A stretch of DNA of 64,000 nucleotides from an uncultured delta proteobacterium (GCA_963796055.1 CAWCKH010000004.1:2080001-2144000); one strand, 5' to 3'. Positions 9,056 to 19,513 are shown, counted from the stretch's first letter. Numbers and translations: made by a program. The notes: generated from the letters alone by a model not told the origin.

Positions 9056-11503
9056 CTACTCCTGCCGCAGCGCGACCATCGGATCCACGCGCGAGGCGCG
9101 CCGGGCCGGCACCGCGCAGGCGATGAGCGCCACGCCGAGGAGCCCGAGGCCGACCGCGATGAAAGTCGGGGGGTCGGTGGGCCGCACCCGGTAGAGGAGC
9201 CCCTCCATGAGCCTGGTGAGGCCGAGCGCGGCGGCGGAGCCGAGAACGATTCCGATCGCCGCGAGCCGACCCCCACCGGCGAGAATCATCCGGAGGATGT
9301 CGCCGCGCTGCGCCCCGAGCGCCATGCGGAGGCCCAGCTCTCCGGTCCGCTGCCCGACCAGGTACGAGATGACGCCGTAGATGCCGATGCTCGCCAGCAC
9401 CAGGGCCAGCCCGCCGAAGATGGCGAAGAGCACCATCGCGAAGCGCTGCCGCCCCAGGGAGTCGGTGACGATCTCCGGCATCGTCTGCACACCGAACAGC
9501 GCGTACTGGCTCCCCATTCTCCCGATGGCCTCCCGCAGCGGGACGATCGCCGCGCGCGGCTCTCCATCGGTCCGGACGGCCACCCCGACACCGGTGGCGA
9601 GCAGCGAGGTCAGCCCGTCAGACGCCTGGGTCCACGGGACGTACAGCTGGGCCCGCAGCGAGTTGTGGTCGTCGGAATCCAGCCCCCACTGCTTGACGTG
9701 CGCGACCACGCCCACGATCTCGATGGGCTCCGTCCCCCGTTCGAGGTGGATGCGCCGGCCGACCACCTCACCGTCCGGGAAGTAGGTCCGGGCGAAGACG
9801 TCGTCGACCACCGCCACCGGTGCGCTCCGGGTCCCGTCCTGCGGCCCGAGGAAGCGCCCGCGCAGGAGGCGGATCGACATCGCCTCGAGGTAGCCCGGGC
9901 CGACCACGTAGCTCAGCGTCCACTTCATCTCGTGCTGGCTGATGGGACGGGGCTGGCCGTCGAGCCAGAAGAGTTGCTCGTCGTCGCCGGTGAGGGGGAA
10001 GGCGCCTCCGTACAGCGACACCGCCCGGACCCCGGAGGTCGAGCCGATCGTCGCCTCGAGGTCGCGAAGCGCCGTGCGGATCGCCTCCGGAGCCTCCTTG
10101 GCCATCGCAGGCGGCAACGACACGGCGAAGGTGAGGACGCGCTCGGGATCGAACCCAGGGTCGACGCTCCACAGCCGGGTCAGGGTCCGCACCATGAGGC
10201 CGGCGCCCACGAGGAGGATCAGCGCCAGCGCCACCTCGAGCACCACGAAGACGTCCTGCGAGCGACGGTGTCCGCCGGGGAGACCGGCCGCGCCCCGGAG
10301 CGACTCGTGGAGCGGCGCCCGGGCAGTGGCCACCGCCGGGGCCAGCCCGAAGAGTGCGCCCGAGAGGAGCGAGACGAGCAGGGTGAACCCCAGCACGCGG
10401 GCATCGAGCTGCACCTCGGAGGTGCGCGGGAGCCCCTCTCCGGAGAGGCCGAGGACGGCGCCGGTGCCGAGCAGAGCGAGCACGACGCCCAGGGCGCCAC
10501 CCAGCAGGCCGAGCAGGACGCTCTCGGTGAGCAACTGCTGCACAACTCGCCCCCGTCCGGCACCGAGCGCGGTGCGGACCGCGAACTCCCGCGTCCGCCC
10601 GCTGCAGCGAGCGAGCAGGAGATTCGCCACGTTCACGCAGGCGATGAGGAGCACGAACCCGACGGCAGCGAAGAGGACCAGGAGCACCGGGCGGACCGGG
10701 CCGACGACCTGTTCCTTGAGCGGAACCAGCGTCGCCCCCACCCCCTTGTTGGCCTCCGGGTAGGCTTCGGCCAGCGCGCGGGTCACCCCGTCCATGTCCG
10801 CCTGTGCCTGGGCGAGCGTGACCCCGGGCTTCAGCCGCGCGATGCCGTGGATGCCGAGCCCCGCCCCGCGAGAGAGGAGCAGGTCGTTCGCCCACTGCCC
10901 GATGGGAACGTAGACGTCGCACGCTCTGGGCAGGTTCGGCGCGGAGAGCGGAAAGCCGGGGACGACGCCAACGACGGTGTACGGGCGTCCGTCGAGGGTG
11001 AGGGTCGTCCCGAGGACGTGGGGGCTCGAGCCGAACCGTCGCTGCCAGAGCCCGGCACCGATGAGGGCCACCGGAGGTGCGCCGACCTCGTCCTCGCCGG
11101 GCGCGAGGGTGCGCCCGAGCAGGGGGTGGACGCCGAGCATGGCGAGGAAGCTCGAGGAGACGAACGCCCCCACGACCTGATCCGGCGGGCCCTGCCCGGT
11201 GACGATGAAGCTCGTGTTCCGCGAGACCTCCAGCTCGGAGAAGACCGAGCTCGACCGCCGCCAGTCCCGGAAGTTCGGGTAGGAGATGGAGCCCCGCGCG
11301 AAGTTCGGCTTGGAGGCGTGCACCCCCACCAGCAGGTCCGGTTCGGGGAAGGGGAGTGGGCTGAGCAGCACCCCGTTGACCAGGGAGAAGAGCGCGGTGT
11401 TGGCGCCAACCCCGAGGGCGATGGTGAGCACGGCCACCGCGGTGAACCCGGGGGCCTTCCGGAGGCCTCGGAGCGCATGGCGGAGGTCGTGGGTGAGCGT
11501 CAC
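9056..11503 (-). CDS. ADOP-type duplicated FtsX/MacB-family ABC permease
   Basis: DLRHALRGLRKAPGF, LLIACVNVANLLLAR, REFAVRTALGAG, GELGLRMALGA, RRASRVDPMVALRQE; start codon uncertain. Confidence 0.88.
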   Translation of the reverse strand: MTLTHDLRHALRGLRKAPGFTAVAVLTIALGVGANTALFSLVNGVLLSPLPFPEPDLLVGVHASKPNFARGSISYPNFRDWRRSSSVFSELEVSRNTSFIVTGQGPPDQVVGAFVSSSFLAMLGVHPLLGRTLAPGEDEVGAPPVALIGAGLWQRRFGSSPHVLGTTLTLDGRPYTVVGVVPGFPLSAPNLPRACDVYVPIGQWANDLLLSRGAGLGIHGIARLKPGVTLAQAQADMDGVTRALAEAYPEANKGVGATLVPLKEQVVGPVRPVLLVLFAAVGFVLLIACVNVANLLLARCSGRTREFAVRTALGAGRGRVVQQLLTESVLLGLLGGALGVVLALLGTGAVLGLSGEGLPRTSEVQLDARVLGFTLLVSLLSGALFGLAPAVATARAPLHESLRGAAGLPGGHRRSQDVFVVLEVALALILLVGAGLMVRTLTRLWSVDPGFDPERVLTFAVSLPPAMAKEAPEAIRTALRDLEATIGSTSGVRAVSLYGGAFPLTGDDEQLFWLDGQPRPISQHEMKWTLSYVVGPGYLEAMSIRLLRGRFLGPQDGTRSAPVAVVDDVFARTYFPDGEVVGRRIHLERGTEPIEIVGVVAHVKQWGLDSDDHNSLRAQLYVPWTQASDGLTSLLATGVGVAVRTDGEPRAAIVPLREAIGRMGSQYALFGVQTMPEIVTDSLGRQRFAMVLFAIFGGLALVLASIGIYGVISYLVGQRTGELGLRMALGAQRGDILRMILAGGGRLAAIGIVLGSAAALGLTRLMEGLLYRVRPTDPPTFIAVGLGLLGVALIACAVPARRASRVDPMVALRQE

Positions 11504-11660
11504 CGCCAGGAAGGGATGCAACTGCCGTTCCCTGCCCGGGTGGCTCCCCCGAGCGGGGTTCCCCGGCGTCACCTCGGGCCGCTGTCCACTTCCGGGACCC
11601 CGGGTCCCACGATCGCGCGAGGGCGGGCTTTGCCGGCCATCCGACGACCGGGCCCGACGC

Positions 11661-13112
11661 TCAGGCGCGGGCGAAGTCGATGAAGCCCTTCTCCGGATCG
11701 GTGGCCAACAGGCGCACCCGGATCCGATCGCCCACGTCCATCCCGTGCTCGCCGCGGACGACCCGGCCCTCCGCGGGAGGCCGGAGGAGCCGGACGAAGG
11801 TCCCGTGCTCGGTGACGCCGGTGACCAGCCCGTCGAAGGCCTGGCCCACCTTGTCGTGGAGGAGGAGCGCGGCGGTGACCTTCCGCATGAGCCGCTCGAG
11901 CTTGCGGGTGGCCGCCTCCATCCGGGTGCAGTGCTGGGCGATGCCGTCGATCTCCCCGTCCGAGTACGGAGCGGGTGCGCCGGCGAGCACGGCCTTCACC
12001 AGACGCTGGGTGATGAGGTCGGGGTACCGGCGATTCGGGGCGGTGGAGTGGCTGTAGTCGTTCGCCGCGAGGCCGAAGTGTCCCGGCGACTCCTCTCCGG
12101 CCGGCTGGAGCACGTACTCGCCTGGGCCGAGGAGCTTCACCACCGCCAGTGACAGGTCGGGGAAGTGCAACGGGTCGTGTGCCCTCTGCCGCTCGAGGAA
12201 TCGCGAGAGCACCGGTCCATCGGGCTCGGGGGGCAGCGCCGTCCCCAGGCCTTGCGCCAGGGCGACGATCCGGTCCCAGCGCTTCGGCTTCCGGACCACG
12301 CGGGCGATGGACGAGCGTCGGGCCTCGTCGAGGAAACGCGCCATCACCCCGTTCGCCGCCACCATCAGATCCTCGATGAGCTCCCGGCTCCGGCTGTCGG
12401 GGATCTCCTGGAGGTCCACCACCCGCCCGTCGTCCATGACCGGGCGCGGCTCGATGGTCCGCAGCATGAGCGCCCCGGCGCGCTCACGGGCTGCCCGGAG
12501 CGCGCGCGTGGCCCGGTCTTGAAGCCGCAGCTGCTCCTCGAGCCCGCGGACCACGGCGACCCGCGGTGGAACCGGCGCGTCGCCCTGCAGCCACGGACCC
12601 ACCTCGGGATAGTTCAGCTTGGCCCGGTTGCGGACCCACGCCCCGCGGACGGCCCCCGAGTCCACCGAGCCTCCAGGGAGGACCCGGTAGCCGATGACCA
12701 CCGCGAGACGGTCCAGGTCCGGGAGCAGCGAGGTCAGGTTCTCCGACAGCGGCCGGGGCAGCATCGGGAAGATGGCCGCGCCGGTGTAGAGCGAGGCGGT
12801 GTTGGCACCGGCCCGCCGGTCGATCGGAGTTCCCTCCGGCACCAGCGCGTCCACATCCGCGATGGCGACCAGAAGCTGGATGCTCCCGTCCGGGAGGGCC
12901 TCGGCCCACTCCAGCTGGTCGAGGTCCATCGAGTCGGGGTTGTCGATGCTCGACCAGAGGAGGCCGCGCAGGTCCTCCACGCCGCGGGTCGCCGGCGGGT
13001 CGCCGGAACGCTGCAGCGCCGCGACCTGCGCCTGGGCGTCGGGTGGGAAGTCGGGGGTGAAGCCCAGCTCCAGCAGGGCGCGCCGAGCGCGGTCGGCGAG
13101 GTCGAACGCCAT
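11661..13112 (-). CDS. RNB-domain exoribonuclease (short RNase II/R family)
   Basis: SIDNPDSMDLDQ, AIADV, LIEDLMVAAN, HSTAPNRRYPDL and a C-terminal S1-like domain. Confidence 0.88.
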   Translation of the reverse strand: MAFDLADRARRALLELGFTPDFPPDAQAQVAALQRSGDPPATRGVEDLRGLLWSSIDNPDSMDLDQLEWAEALPDGSIQLLVAIADVDALVPEGTPIDRRAGANTASLYTGAAIFPMLPRPLSENLTSLLPDLDRLAVVIGYRVLPGGSVDSGAVRGAWVRNRAKLNYPEVGPWLQGDAPVPPRVAVVRGLEEQLRLQDRATRALRAARERAGALMLRTIEPRPVMDDGRVVDLQEIPDSRSRELIEDLMVAANGVMARFLDEARRSSIARVVRKPKRWDRIVALAQGLGTALPPEPDGPVLSRFLERQRAHDPLHFPDLSLAVVKLLGPGEYVLQPAGEESPGHFGLAANDYSHSTAPNRRYPDLITQRLVKAVLAGAPAPYSDGEIDGIAQHCTRMEAATRKLERLMRKVTAALLLHDKVGQAFDGLVTGVTEHGTFVRLLRPPAEGRVVRGEHGMDVGDRIRVRLLATDPEKGFIDFARA

Positions 13113-13186
13113 GCAGGCACCATCCCAGAACTGCCTTGCGAGGTCATGTGGCGAGACGTCGGCCGGGCATGCAAGAAAGAGGGGAG

Positions 13187-14771
13187 ATGCCGTCGTCCCG
13201 CCCCTTCCGCTCCGCCGCCCCCATCGTGCGGCTCACCAACGGCTTCGTCGAGCCCTTCGACAACGCCGTGGCCGCGGCGCGCACCTGCTACAGCCCGCGC
13301 ATCGTGAAGGCCGAGGACGTCCGGAAGGACGAGAAGGCGCGCGTCACCCGGGACCGCATCGCCCGGGAGACCTACCAGGCGGGGCACCACACCACCCTGC
13401 AGCACGCCACCTTCCAGTTCAGCCTGGAGAACGTCAGCCGCCAGCTCCTCTGGAGCGTGCTGCACGCCCACCCCTTCTACAACTCGGAGCAGGTCAGCCA
13501 GCGGTACGTGGAGGTGAAGCCTGACCGGGTCATCGTCCCGGCGCTTCCCGAGCGCGAGGAGGGGCTGTACCGGGGCGTGGTGGAGGCCCAGATGGCGGCC
13601 TACGCCCGCATCGGCGCGCTGCTCCTTCCGCGGGCCGAGGCCGAGTTCTACCGGCTCTTCCCCGGCCGCCGCCGCACGCCCGAGAAGTGGACGGGCACGC
13701 TCAAGAAGCGCTGCCAGGAGGTGGCCCGCTACGTCCTGCCCATCGGGACCTTCGCCCACCTGTACCACACCATCTCCGGGTTGACGCTCCACCGGTACCA
13801 CCGGCTCGCCGCCGCCTACGATGTGCCCACCGAGGCCCGCGAGGTCATCGCCGCGATGGTGCGCGAGGTGGAGGCCCTCGACCCGCTCTTCTTCCGCGAG
13901 CTGGAGGACCCGATCCCGCTGGAGTCCACCCACGAGGCACGCGCGCTGCGCGAGGCCGGCCGCTCGCCGGGCGTGGGGGGCGCCGACGCCCGCGTGCACC
14001 GGGCTGAGTTCGACGCCGGGCTCCAGGGACGCACCAGCAAGCTGGTGGACTGGAGCGCCAGGGGTGAGGCCGCCATCGCCCAGGCCGTCCGGAACGTGCT
14101 CGGGCTACCCCGCTCGGCGCTGGACGACACCGCCGCGCTCGAGCGCGTCCTCTCCCCGCGGCAGAACCCGTACCTCTCCGAGGCGCTCCAGCTCGGGACC
14201 CAGGGCAAGCTCATGCGGACCCTGGTCCACGCCAGCTACACCTTCCAGAAGAAGCTCAGCCACGCCGCGGACAGCCAGGACCAGCGCCACCGCATGACGC
14301 CGGCCAGCCGCCCCGTGCTCCAGGCGACCTTCGTTCCCGGCGAGCCCGACGTCGTCGTCCCCGCGCTTCTCGCCGAGGTGCCGGAGGCGCTCGACGTCTT
14401 CACCCGGACCTGTGCCGAGGCCTGGGTGGCGATCGAGCGGCTGCTGGACGCTGGGGTGGCGGCGGAGCTCGCGCTCTATCTGCTCCCCAACGCCTTTCCC
14501 GTTCGCTTCCTCGAGTCCGGCGAGCTGCTGCACTTCCACCACAAGTGGGTCCACCGGCTCTGCTACACCGCGCAGGAGGAGATTCTGGCGGGCGTCGGTC
14601 GAGGAGGTGCGGCAGGTCCAGGCCGTCCACCCGCGCATCGCCGCGCACCTGGTTCCCCCCTGTACCCTCCGCAAGGAGGCTGGCGTCACCCCGTTCTGCC
14701 CCGAGGGGCCCCGCTACTGCGGGGTGCCGGTGTGGAATCGTTCGCTCGAGGAGTACGCGCGGCTGCTCTAG
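13187..14771 (+). CDS. thyX: FAD-dependent thymidylate synthase with tandem ThyX domains; apparent +1 frameshift near 14583
   Basis: AARTCYS, GHHTTLQH, EQVSQRYV, ARYVLP, then QDQRHRM, YLLPNA, RLCYTAQEEI. Deleting one T at 14583/4 gives EEIWRASVEE...FCPEG..CG, ending at TAG 14771. Confidence 0.8.
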
Positions 14772-14796
14772 TCTGGTCGGGGACCCGGCCCGCTCG

Positions 14797-15756
14797 ATGC
14801 TCTCCCTCCTCGTCCTCGGCGTGCTCGCGGCCAAGCCACCGCTCGAGCCCCCGGACTTCTCCGGCCTGCCGCCCTGGGCACCGCAGAATCCCATCGAGGC
14901 CAACCGGAGCGTCCTCTTCGCCCCCCCGCTCATGATGCCCCGTGGAGACTGGGGGCTCACCTTCGCCCTCGACTACGGCAGCGCCATCGAGCTGTACGGC
15001 TACGGCCCACGGGGTGTGACGCTCGACGCGGAGCTCGGCCGCTTTCAGGTCTGGCTGACCCGCCGCATCGACGACCGCTGGTTCGTCTTCGGCCAGGTGC
15101 AGATCCAGGGCGCGTACGACGGCTTCATGGACCGATTCCTCGACTGGTACCACTCGGTGCTCGGGGTGCAGTACGTCGCCCGCGAGCTGCGCCCCCTGAA
15201 CCGGTACCGCTACTCGATCACCTACGAGCGGGGGCAGACGATCCAGTACGGACCGGTGGACCTGGGCATCGGCGACAGCCGCATCGGGGTGGGCCGGATG
15301 CTCGGCGAGCATGCCCAGGTCCTCCTGGTGCTCGGGCTCCCCACCTCCACCGCGCCAGGCTACCGGGCGGGGACCCTCCAGACCGGGCTGATTCTCATGG
15401 GCGAGGCTCCGCTGCTCCCCTGGCTCACGGTGAGCGGCTCGGTGGGCGTGGGCTTCACCCCCAAGACCGGGACGCTCGCCGCCTACGAGAAGACCTTCTT
15501 CCTCTCCTTCTCCGGCGGTCCGCGGGTCCGGCTGAGCTGGCGGAATTTCCTGTACGCCAACCTCTTCGTGCACACCCCGCCGTTCCACGACACCGATCTC
15601 CGACCGATGGACCTGACCGACTTCTCCATCGACTTCGGCTGGATGTTCCGGATCGACCCGCGCACCGAGCTGTGGCTCGGCATCGTCGAGGACCCGTTCC
15701 CGGACGGGCCGGCGATCGACGTGGCGTTCCGCTTCGGGATCAGGACCGCGTTTTAG
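14797..15756 (+). CDS. Outer-membrane beta-barrel protein (DUF3187-like)
   Basis: Signal peptide, GFMDRFLDWYHSVLG motif, amphipathic strands, C-terminal Phe. Confidence 0.65.
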   Translation: MLSLLVLGVLAAKPPLEPPDFSGLPPWAPQNPIEANRSVLFAPPLMMPRGDWGLTFALDYGSAIELYGYGPRGVTLDAELGRFQVWLTRRIDDRWFVFGQVQIQGAYDGFMDRFLDWYHSVLGVQYVARELRPLNRYRYSITYERGQTIQYGPVDLGIGDSRIGVGRMLGEHAQVLLVLGLPTSTAPGYRAGTLQTGLILMGEAPLLPWLTVSGSVGVGFTPKTGTLAAYEKTFFLSFSGGPRVRLSWRNFLYANLFVHTPPFHDTDLRPMDLTDFSIDFGWMFRIDPRTELWLGIVEDPFPDGPAIDVAFRFGIRTAF

Positions 15757-16631
15757 CTTGGCCTCGCCGGCGCCGTCCGCCGCCGCGCCTCCAGCCACGG
15801 GGCCAGCGTCCGCCAGAGCGTCGCGGCGAGGATGACCGCGCCGCCACGAATGGCCCACGGCCCGGGCCGCTCTCCGGCGAGGAGGAAGGTCCACACCGGG
15901 TTGAGCACCGGCTCCACCAGCGCCAGCAGCGAGGCCTCGACCGCCGGCGTATGGCGAACCCCCCTGGCGAACAGCGCGTAGCTCGCCCCGAGCTGGAACA
16001 GTCCGAGGAAGAGCACGATGCCCAGATCGCGCGCGGTGGGCGCCGGTCCCCGGACCGCCATCGGAAAGGACATCAGCGCCGCCAGCGCGTTCCCCCACAC
16101 GATGGCCCCCACGTTGCGGGCCCCGAGCTTCCGCAGCCCGAGGATGCAGAGCGCGAAGGCCACGCCCGAGGCCACCGCGATGACGTTGCCCACCGCCTGC
16201 CCGGGCGAGAGCCGGTCGAGGAAGAAGAGGAAGAGGCCGACCAGGAACAGCGGCGCAGAGAGGAGCTCGCCCCGCGTCGGCCGCTCGTGCAGCAGCACCG
16301 GGCTCAGGAGCAGGACCCAGAGCGGCGCGGTGTCCTGGAGGAAGATGGCGTTGGCGCTGGTGGTCGCCTTGTTCGCCAGGACGAACAGCAGGACGGTGAA
16401 GGCGTAGGCCACCGCCACCCAGGACACCGAGCGGTCCGGCCGTCGGCGTGCGCCGGGGAGGATGGCGGCGAGGAAGAGCGCGGCCACGGCCGAGCGCCCG
16501 AAGTTGATCTGCCAGCCGGAGAGGCCGCAGAGCTTGATCGCCGCCCCGGCGGTGGACCAGAGCGTCGCGGCGGCGAGGATCAGCCAGGGACCGATGCGTC
16601 GGCCGCCGTTCTCGGAGTGCGCGTCGTTCAC
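15753..16631 (-). CDS. EamA/DMT family transporter
   Basis: About 10 TM segments; TTSANAIFLQDTAP, LVEPVLNPVW; start uncertain. Confidence 0.85.
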   Translation of the reverse strand: MNDAHSENGGRRIGPWLILAAATLWSTAGAAIKLCGLSGWQINFGRSAVAALFLAAILPGARRRPDRSVSWVAVAYAFTVLLFVLANKATTSANAIFLQDTAPLWVLLLSPVLLHERPTRGELLSAPLFLVGLFLFFLDRLSPGQAVGNVIAVASGVAFALCILGLRKLGARNVGAIVWGNALAALMSFPMAVRGPAPTARDLGIVLFLGLFQLGASYALFARGVRHTPAVEASLLALVEPVLNPVWTFLLAGERPGPWAIRGGAVILAATLWRTLAPWLEARRRTAPARPS

Positions 16632-16740
16632 GTCGATGGGGCCAGTCCTGCGGGTCGGGCGGGCCCTCATAACAGACGGGCGGGCCGGCCTCCGACTTCC
16701 GTGCGGCCGGCACTTGGCCATAGGGTGGGCGCCTGGGTCC

Positions 16741-17301
16741 ATGAAGATCTACACGCGCACCGGCGACGCCGGACAGACGGGCCTCTTCGGGGGCGGTCGG
16801 GTAGCGAAGGACGACGCCCGGGTGGCGGCCTACGGAGAGGTGGACGAGCTCAACGCCACGCTCGGTGTGGCGCGCGCGGCCGGCCTGGGGAACCTCGACC
16901 CGTGGTGCCAGGACCTCCAGGACCAGCTCTTCACCGTCGGAGCCGTCCTCGCCACTCCGCGGGGCACCCGCGCCGACGCCCACATCCCCCACGTCCGCGA
17001 GGACTGGGTGACCGCCATGGAGCGCCGAATCGACGAGCTGCAAGACACGCTCCCACCGCAGACGCACTTCATCCTTCCCGGCGGAACGCCGGCCAGCGCC
17101 GCCCTCCACCTCGCGCGCACGGTGTGCCGCCGGGCCGAGCGTTCGGTGGTGCCGCTCTTCCGGGAGGGCCAGGTGGACGAGGTGACCTTCCGCTACCTCA
17201 ATCGCCTGTCGGACTTTCTGTTCGTCCTCGCACGGGCGGCGAACCACCGGGCGGGGGTGAAGGACGTGCCGTGGATCCCGGGCGGGACACCGTCGCCCTG
17301 A
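16741..17301 (+). CDS. pduO: PduO-type cob(I)alamin adenosyltransferase
   Basis: MKIYTRTGDAGQTGL, YGEVDELN, FILPGG, RTVCRRAER, YLNRLSD. Confidence 0.93.
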   Translation: MKIYTRTGDAGQTGLFGGGRVAKDDARVAAYGEVDELNATLGVARAAGLGNLDPWCQDLQDQLFTVGAVLATPRGTRADAHIPHVREDWVTAMERRIDELQDTLPPQTHFILPGGTPASAALHLARTVCRRAERSVVPLFREGQVDEVTFRYLNRLSDFLFVLARAANHRAGVKDVPWIPGGTPSP

Positions 17302-17306
17302 CCGCG

Positions 17307-18320
17307 GTGGCCTCGGCCGGGCGGGTGCGCGCGCTGGCGCTCGAGGCGGGATTCGATCTGTGCGGGTTCGCCCGGCCCGCGCCCATCCCGCCCGAGGCGC
17401 TGCTCGACTGGCTCGCCGCCGGGATGGCCGCGGACATGGACTGGCTCGCCGAGCGCGCGGCCGACCGGCTGGATCCGCTGCGGCTCCTCCCGGAGGCGCG
17501 CACCGTGGTCGCGCTGGGGTGCAACTACTGGACGGAGGCCGGCGGTGGCGAGGGCTCGCCCGTCGCCCGCTATGCCCGTGGGCGCGACTACCACGCGACG
17601 CTCCGCGACCGTCTCCGCACCTTCCGCCGCCTGCTCCGCGCCGAGTGGCCCGCTCTGCGGACCTACGGGTCGGTGGACCACGGGCCCTTCATGGAGAAGG
17701 TGTGGGCGGCGCGGGCGGGGCTCGGCGTCGTCGCCCGGAACGGCTGCCTGGTGACGCCGCGCTTCGGCTCCTGGGTGGTGCTCGCCGTGCTCCTGGTGGA
17801 GCTCGAGGTGGACGGGTACGCCGAGGGGACGATGGCGGACCGGTGCGGGACCTGCCGGCTGTGCGTGGACGCGTGCCCGACCGATGCGCTGGACGGCGCC
17901 GGGCGGGTGGATGCGCGGGCCTGCCTCTCGTACCAGACCATCGAGAACGAGGGCCCGGTTCCGCCCGAGCACCGCGAGGCGATGGCGTCGCACGTCTTCG
18001 GGTGCGACGTGTGCCAGGACGTCTGCCCCCTCAATGCCGCCCCTCTGCCGGCGACGGGTCCCCGGTTCTTGCCCCGGGCCGTGGCGGGGCTGGACGCACG
18101 GGCGATCGCGGCGATGACCCCCCAGCGCTACGCCGAGCTGGTGCCGGGGACCGCGCTGGCCCGCGCCGGTTATGACGGGCTCCGGCGGAATGCAGCCTAC
18201 GCGCTGGGTGCCGCGCGCGATGCGGGCGCCCGTCCGGTGCTGGAAACGCTGGCGCAAGACCCGAGCGCTGTGGTGAGTGACGCCGCCCGATGGGCCCTCG
18301 CCCGACTTCCCCTCTCCTGA
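17307..18320 (+). CDS. queG: tRNA epoxyqueuosine reductase
   Basis: ARYARGRDYH, VDHGPFMEK, two Fe-S motifs CGTCRLCVDACP and CLSY...GCDVCQDVCP, HEAT-like tail; alternative start at 17271. Confidence 0.92.
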   Translation: MASAGRVRALALEAGFDLCGFARPAPIPPEALLDWLAAGMAADMDWLAERAADRLDPLRLLPEARTVVALGCNYWTEAGGGEGSPVARYARGRDYHATLRDRLRTFRRLLRAEWPALRTYGSVDHGPFMEKVWAARAGLGVVARNGCLVTPRFGSWVVLAVLLVELEVDGYAEGTMADRCGTCRLCVDACPTDALDGAGRVDARACLSYQTIENEGPVPPEHREAMASHVFGCDVCQDVCPLNAAPLPATGPRFLPRAVAGLDARAIAAMTPQRYAELVPGTALARAGYDGLRRNAAYALGAARDAGARPVLETLAQDPSAVVSDAARWALARLPLS

Positions 18321-19276
18321 GCACACCACGGCGCTCCGGGCCCGAGCCGGTCCACGCCCACGGCGGCGTGGGGCCGGGCGTCGTGGCGGCGCTCCTGCTC
18401 CAGACCACCCTGAGCGCCGGTACGTTCCTGGTCGCCAAGCGCGCGGTGGCGGAGGTGCCGCTGGCGACGCTGGTGCTCTGGCGATTCCTGCTCAGCGGAG
18501 CGGTGTTCGCGCTGCTCGTCGTGGCGTTGCCCGGGCCGGCGCTGCCGCCCCGCCGGGCGGTTCTCGCGGCGCTCGCGCTGGGATTCCTCGCCGGACCGCT
18601 CAACCAGGGGCTGTTCTTCGCCGGCCTCGGGCGCTCGACGGCGGCGCATGCCGCGCTGCTCTACGCGCTCACCCCGCTGGAGGTGTACCTGTACTCCTTG
18701 CTCCGCGGTCGCGAGACGCCCACCACCCGGGCCGGGCTGGGGCTGCTGCTCGCCTTCGCGGGGGCGCTGGTGCTCCTGCTGGCCCACGGGCTCCGGGCGC
18801 TCACCGGGGTCTTCGTGGGCGACCTGCTCATCCTCGGCGCGGTCGCCGCATGGGTGGTGTACACCGCCGAGGGGAAGCCGTTCATCGGCGAGCACGGGGC
18901 ACTCCGGGCCACCGCCTGGTCGATGATTGGTGGGGCGCTGTGGATGCTCCCGCTGGCCCCGTGGTTCCTGCGCCCGGGGTTCGTCCTCCATGCGGACCTG
19001 GCGGTGAAGGCCTCCATCCTCTACCTGGCCCTGCTCAGCTCGGTGGTCAGCTACCTGCTCTGGTACTGGGCGCTGGGACGGACCGACGCCTCGAAGGTGG
19101 CGGTCTTCAGCAACCTGCAGCCGGTGGCCACGGCGCTGGCTGCGTGGGGGGTGCTGGGGGAGCGCATCGGCTGGGAGGTCGCGGTCGGCGGGGTGCTGGT
19201 GCTGGTCGGCGTCCGCCTCACCAGCGCGCCGCGCCTCACCCGGCCGCCCGCCCTGTCCCGGACGCTCGATCGCTAA
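18290..19276 (+). CDS. EamA/DMT family transporter
   Basis: Two EamA repeats; FSNLQPV, LGERIG; start uncertain. Confidence 0.85.
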   Translation: MGPRPTSPLLSTPRRSGPEPVHAHGGVGPGVVAALLLQTTLSAGTFLVAKRAVAEVPLATLVLWRFLLSGAVFALLVVALPGPALPPRRAVLAALALGFLAGPLNQGLFFAGLGRSTAAHAALLYALTPLEVYLYSLLRGRETPTTRAGLGLLLAFAGALVLLLAHGLRALTGVFVGDLLILGAVAAWVVYTAEGKPFIGEHGALRATAWSMIGGALWMLPLAPWFLRPGFVLHADLAVKASILYLALLSSVVSYLLWYWALGRTDASKVAVFSNLQPVATALAAWGVLGERIGWEVAVGGVLVLVGVRLTSAPRLTRPPALSRTLDR

Positions 19277-19364
19277 CCGGTCGGGCCCGCCGGCGCTTGC
19301 GGGCACCCGTTCGGGTCCGCACCCGCAACCTGCGGGCCGCTCCGGCGGTCGTGAGGAGGATGGA

Positions 19365-19500
19365 ATGCGCATCGGAGTCTTCGGACGGGGGCACGTGGAA
19401 GTCGGCCTGCTCCATCGACCGGCTGCTCTCGGTCTGGCGGGTGCTCGCCTTCGACGCGGGGCTCGGCCGGAACGTCGCCTTCGCGCTGCTCCGGCGCTGA
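19365..19500 (+). pseudogene. Possible internally deleted remnant of an F420-dependent NADP oxidoreductase-family gene
   Basis: GAGGAGG RBS and MRIGVFGRGHV (Rossmann-like start) joined out of frame to ...VWRVLAFDAGLGRNVAFALLRR*. Confidence 0.4.
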
Positions 19501-19513
19501 CCGCGAGGGCGGT

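Noticed and set aside
14585..14935. Extended ThyX C-terminus given by the ORF track
   Set aside because: It is low-complexity read-through after the frameshift; the plausible C-terminus is in the frame ending at 14771.
15672..18320. 882-aa QueG fusion
   Set aside because: The upstream part is the shadow of the DMT and pduO genes; QueG similarity begins near 17300.
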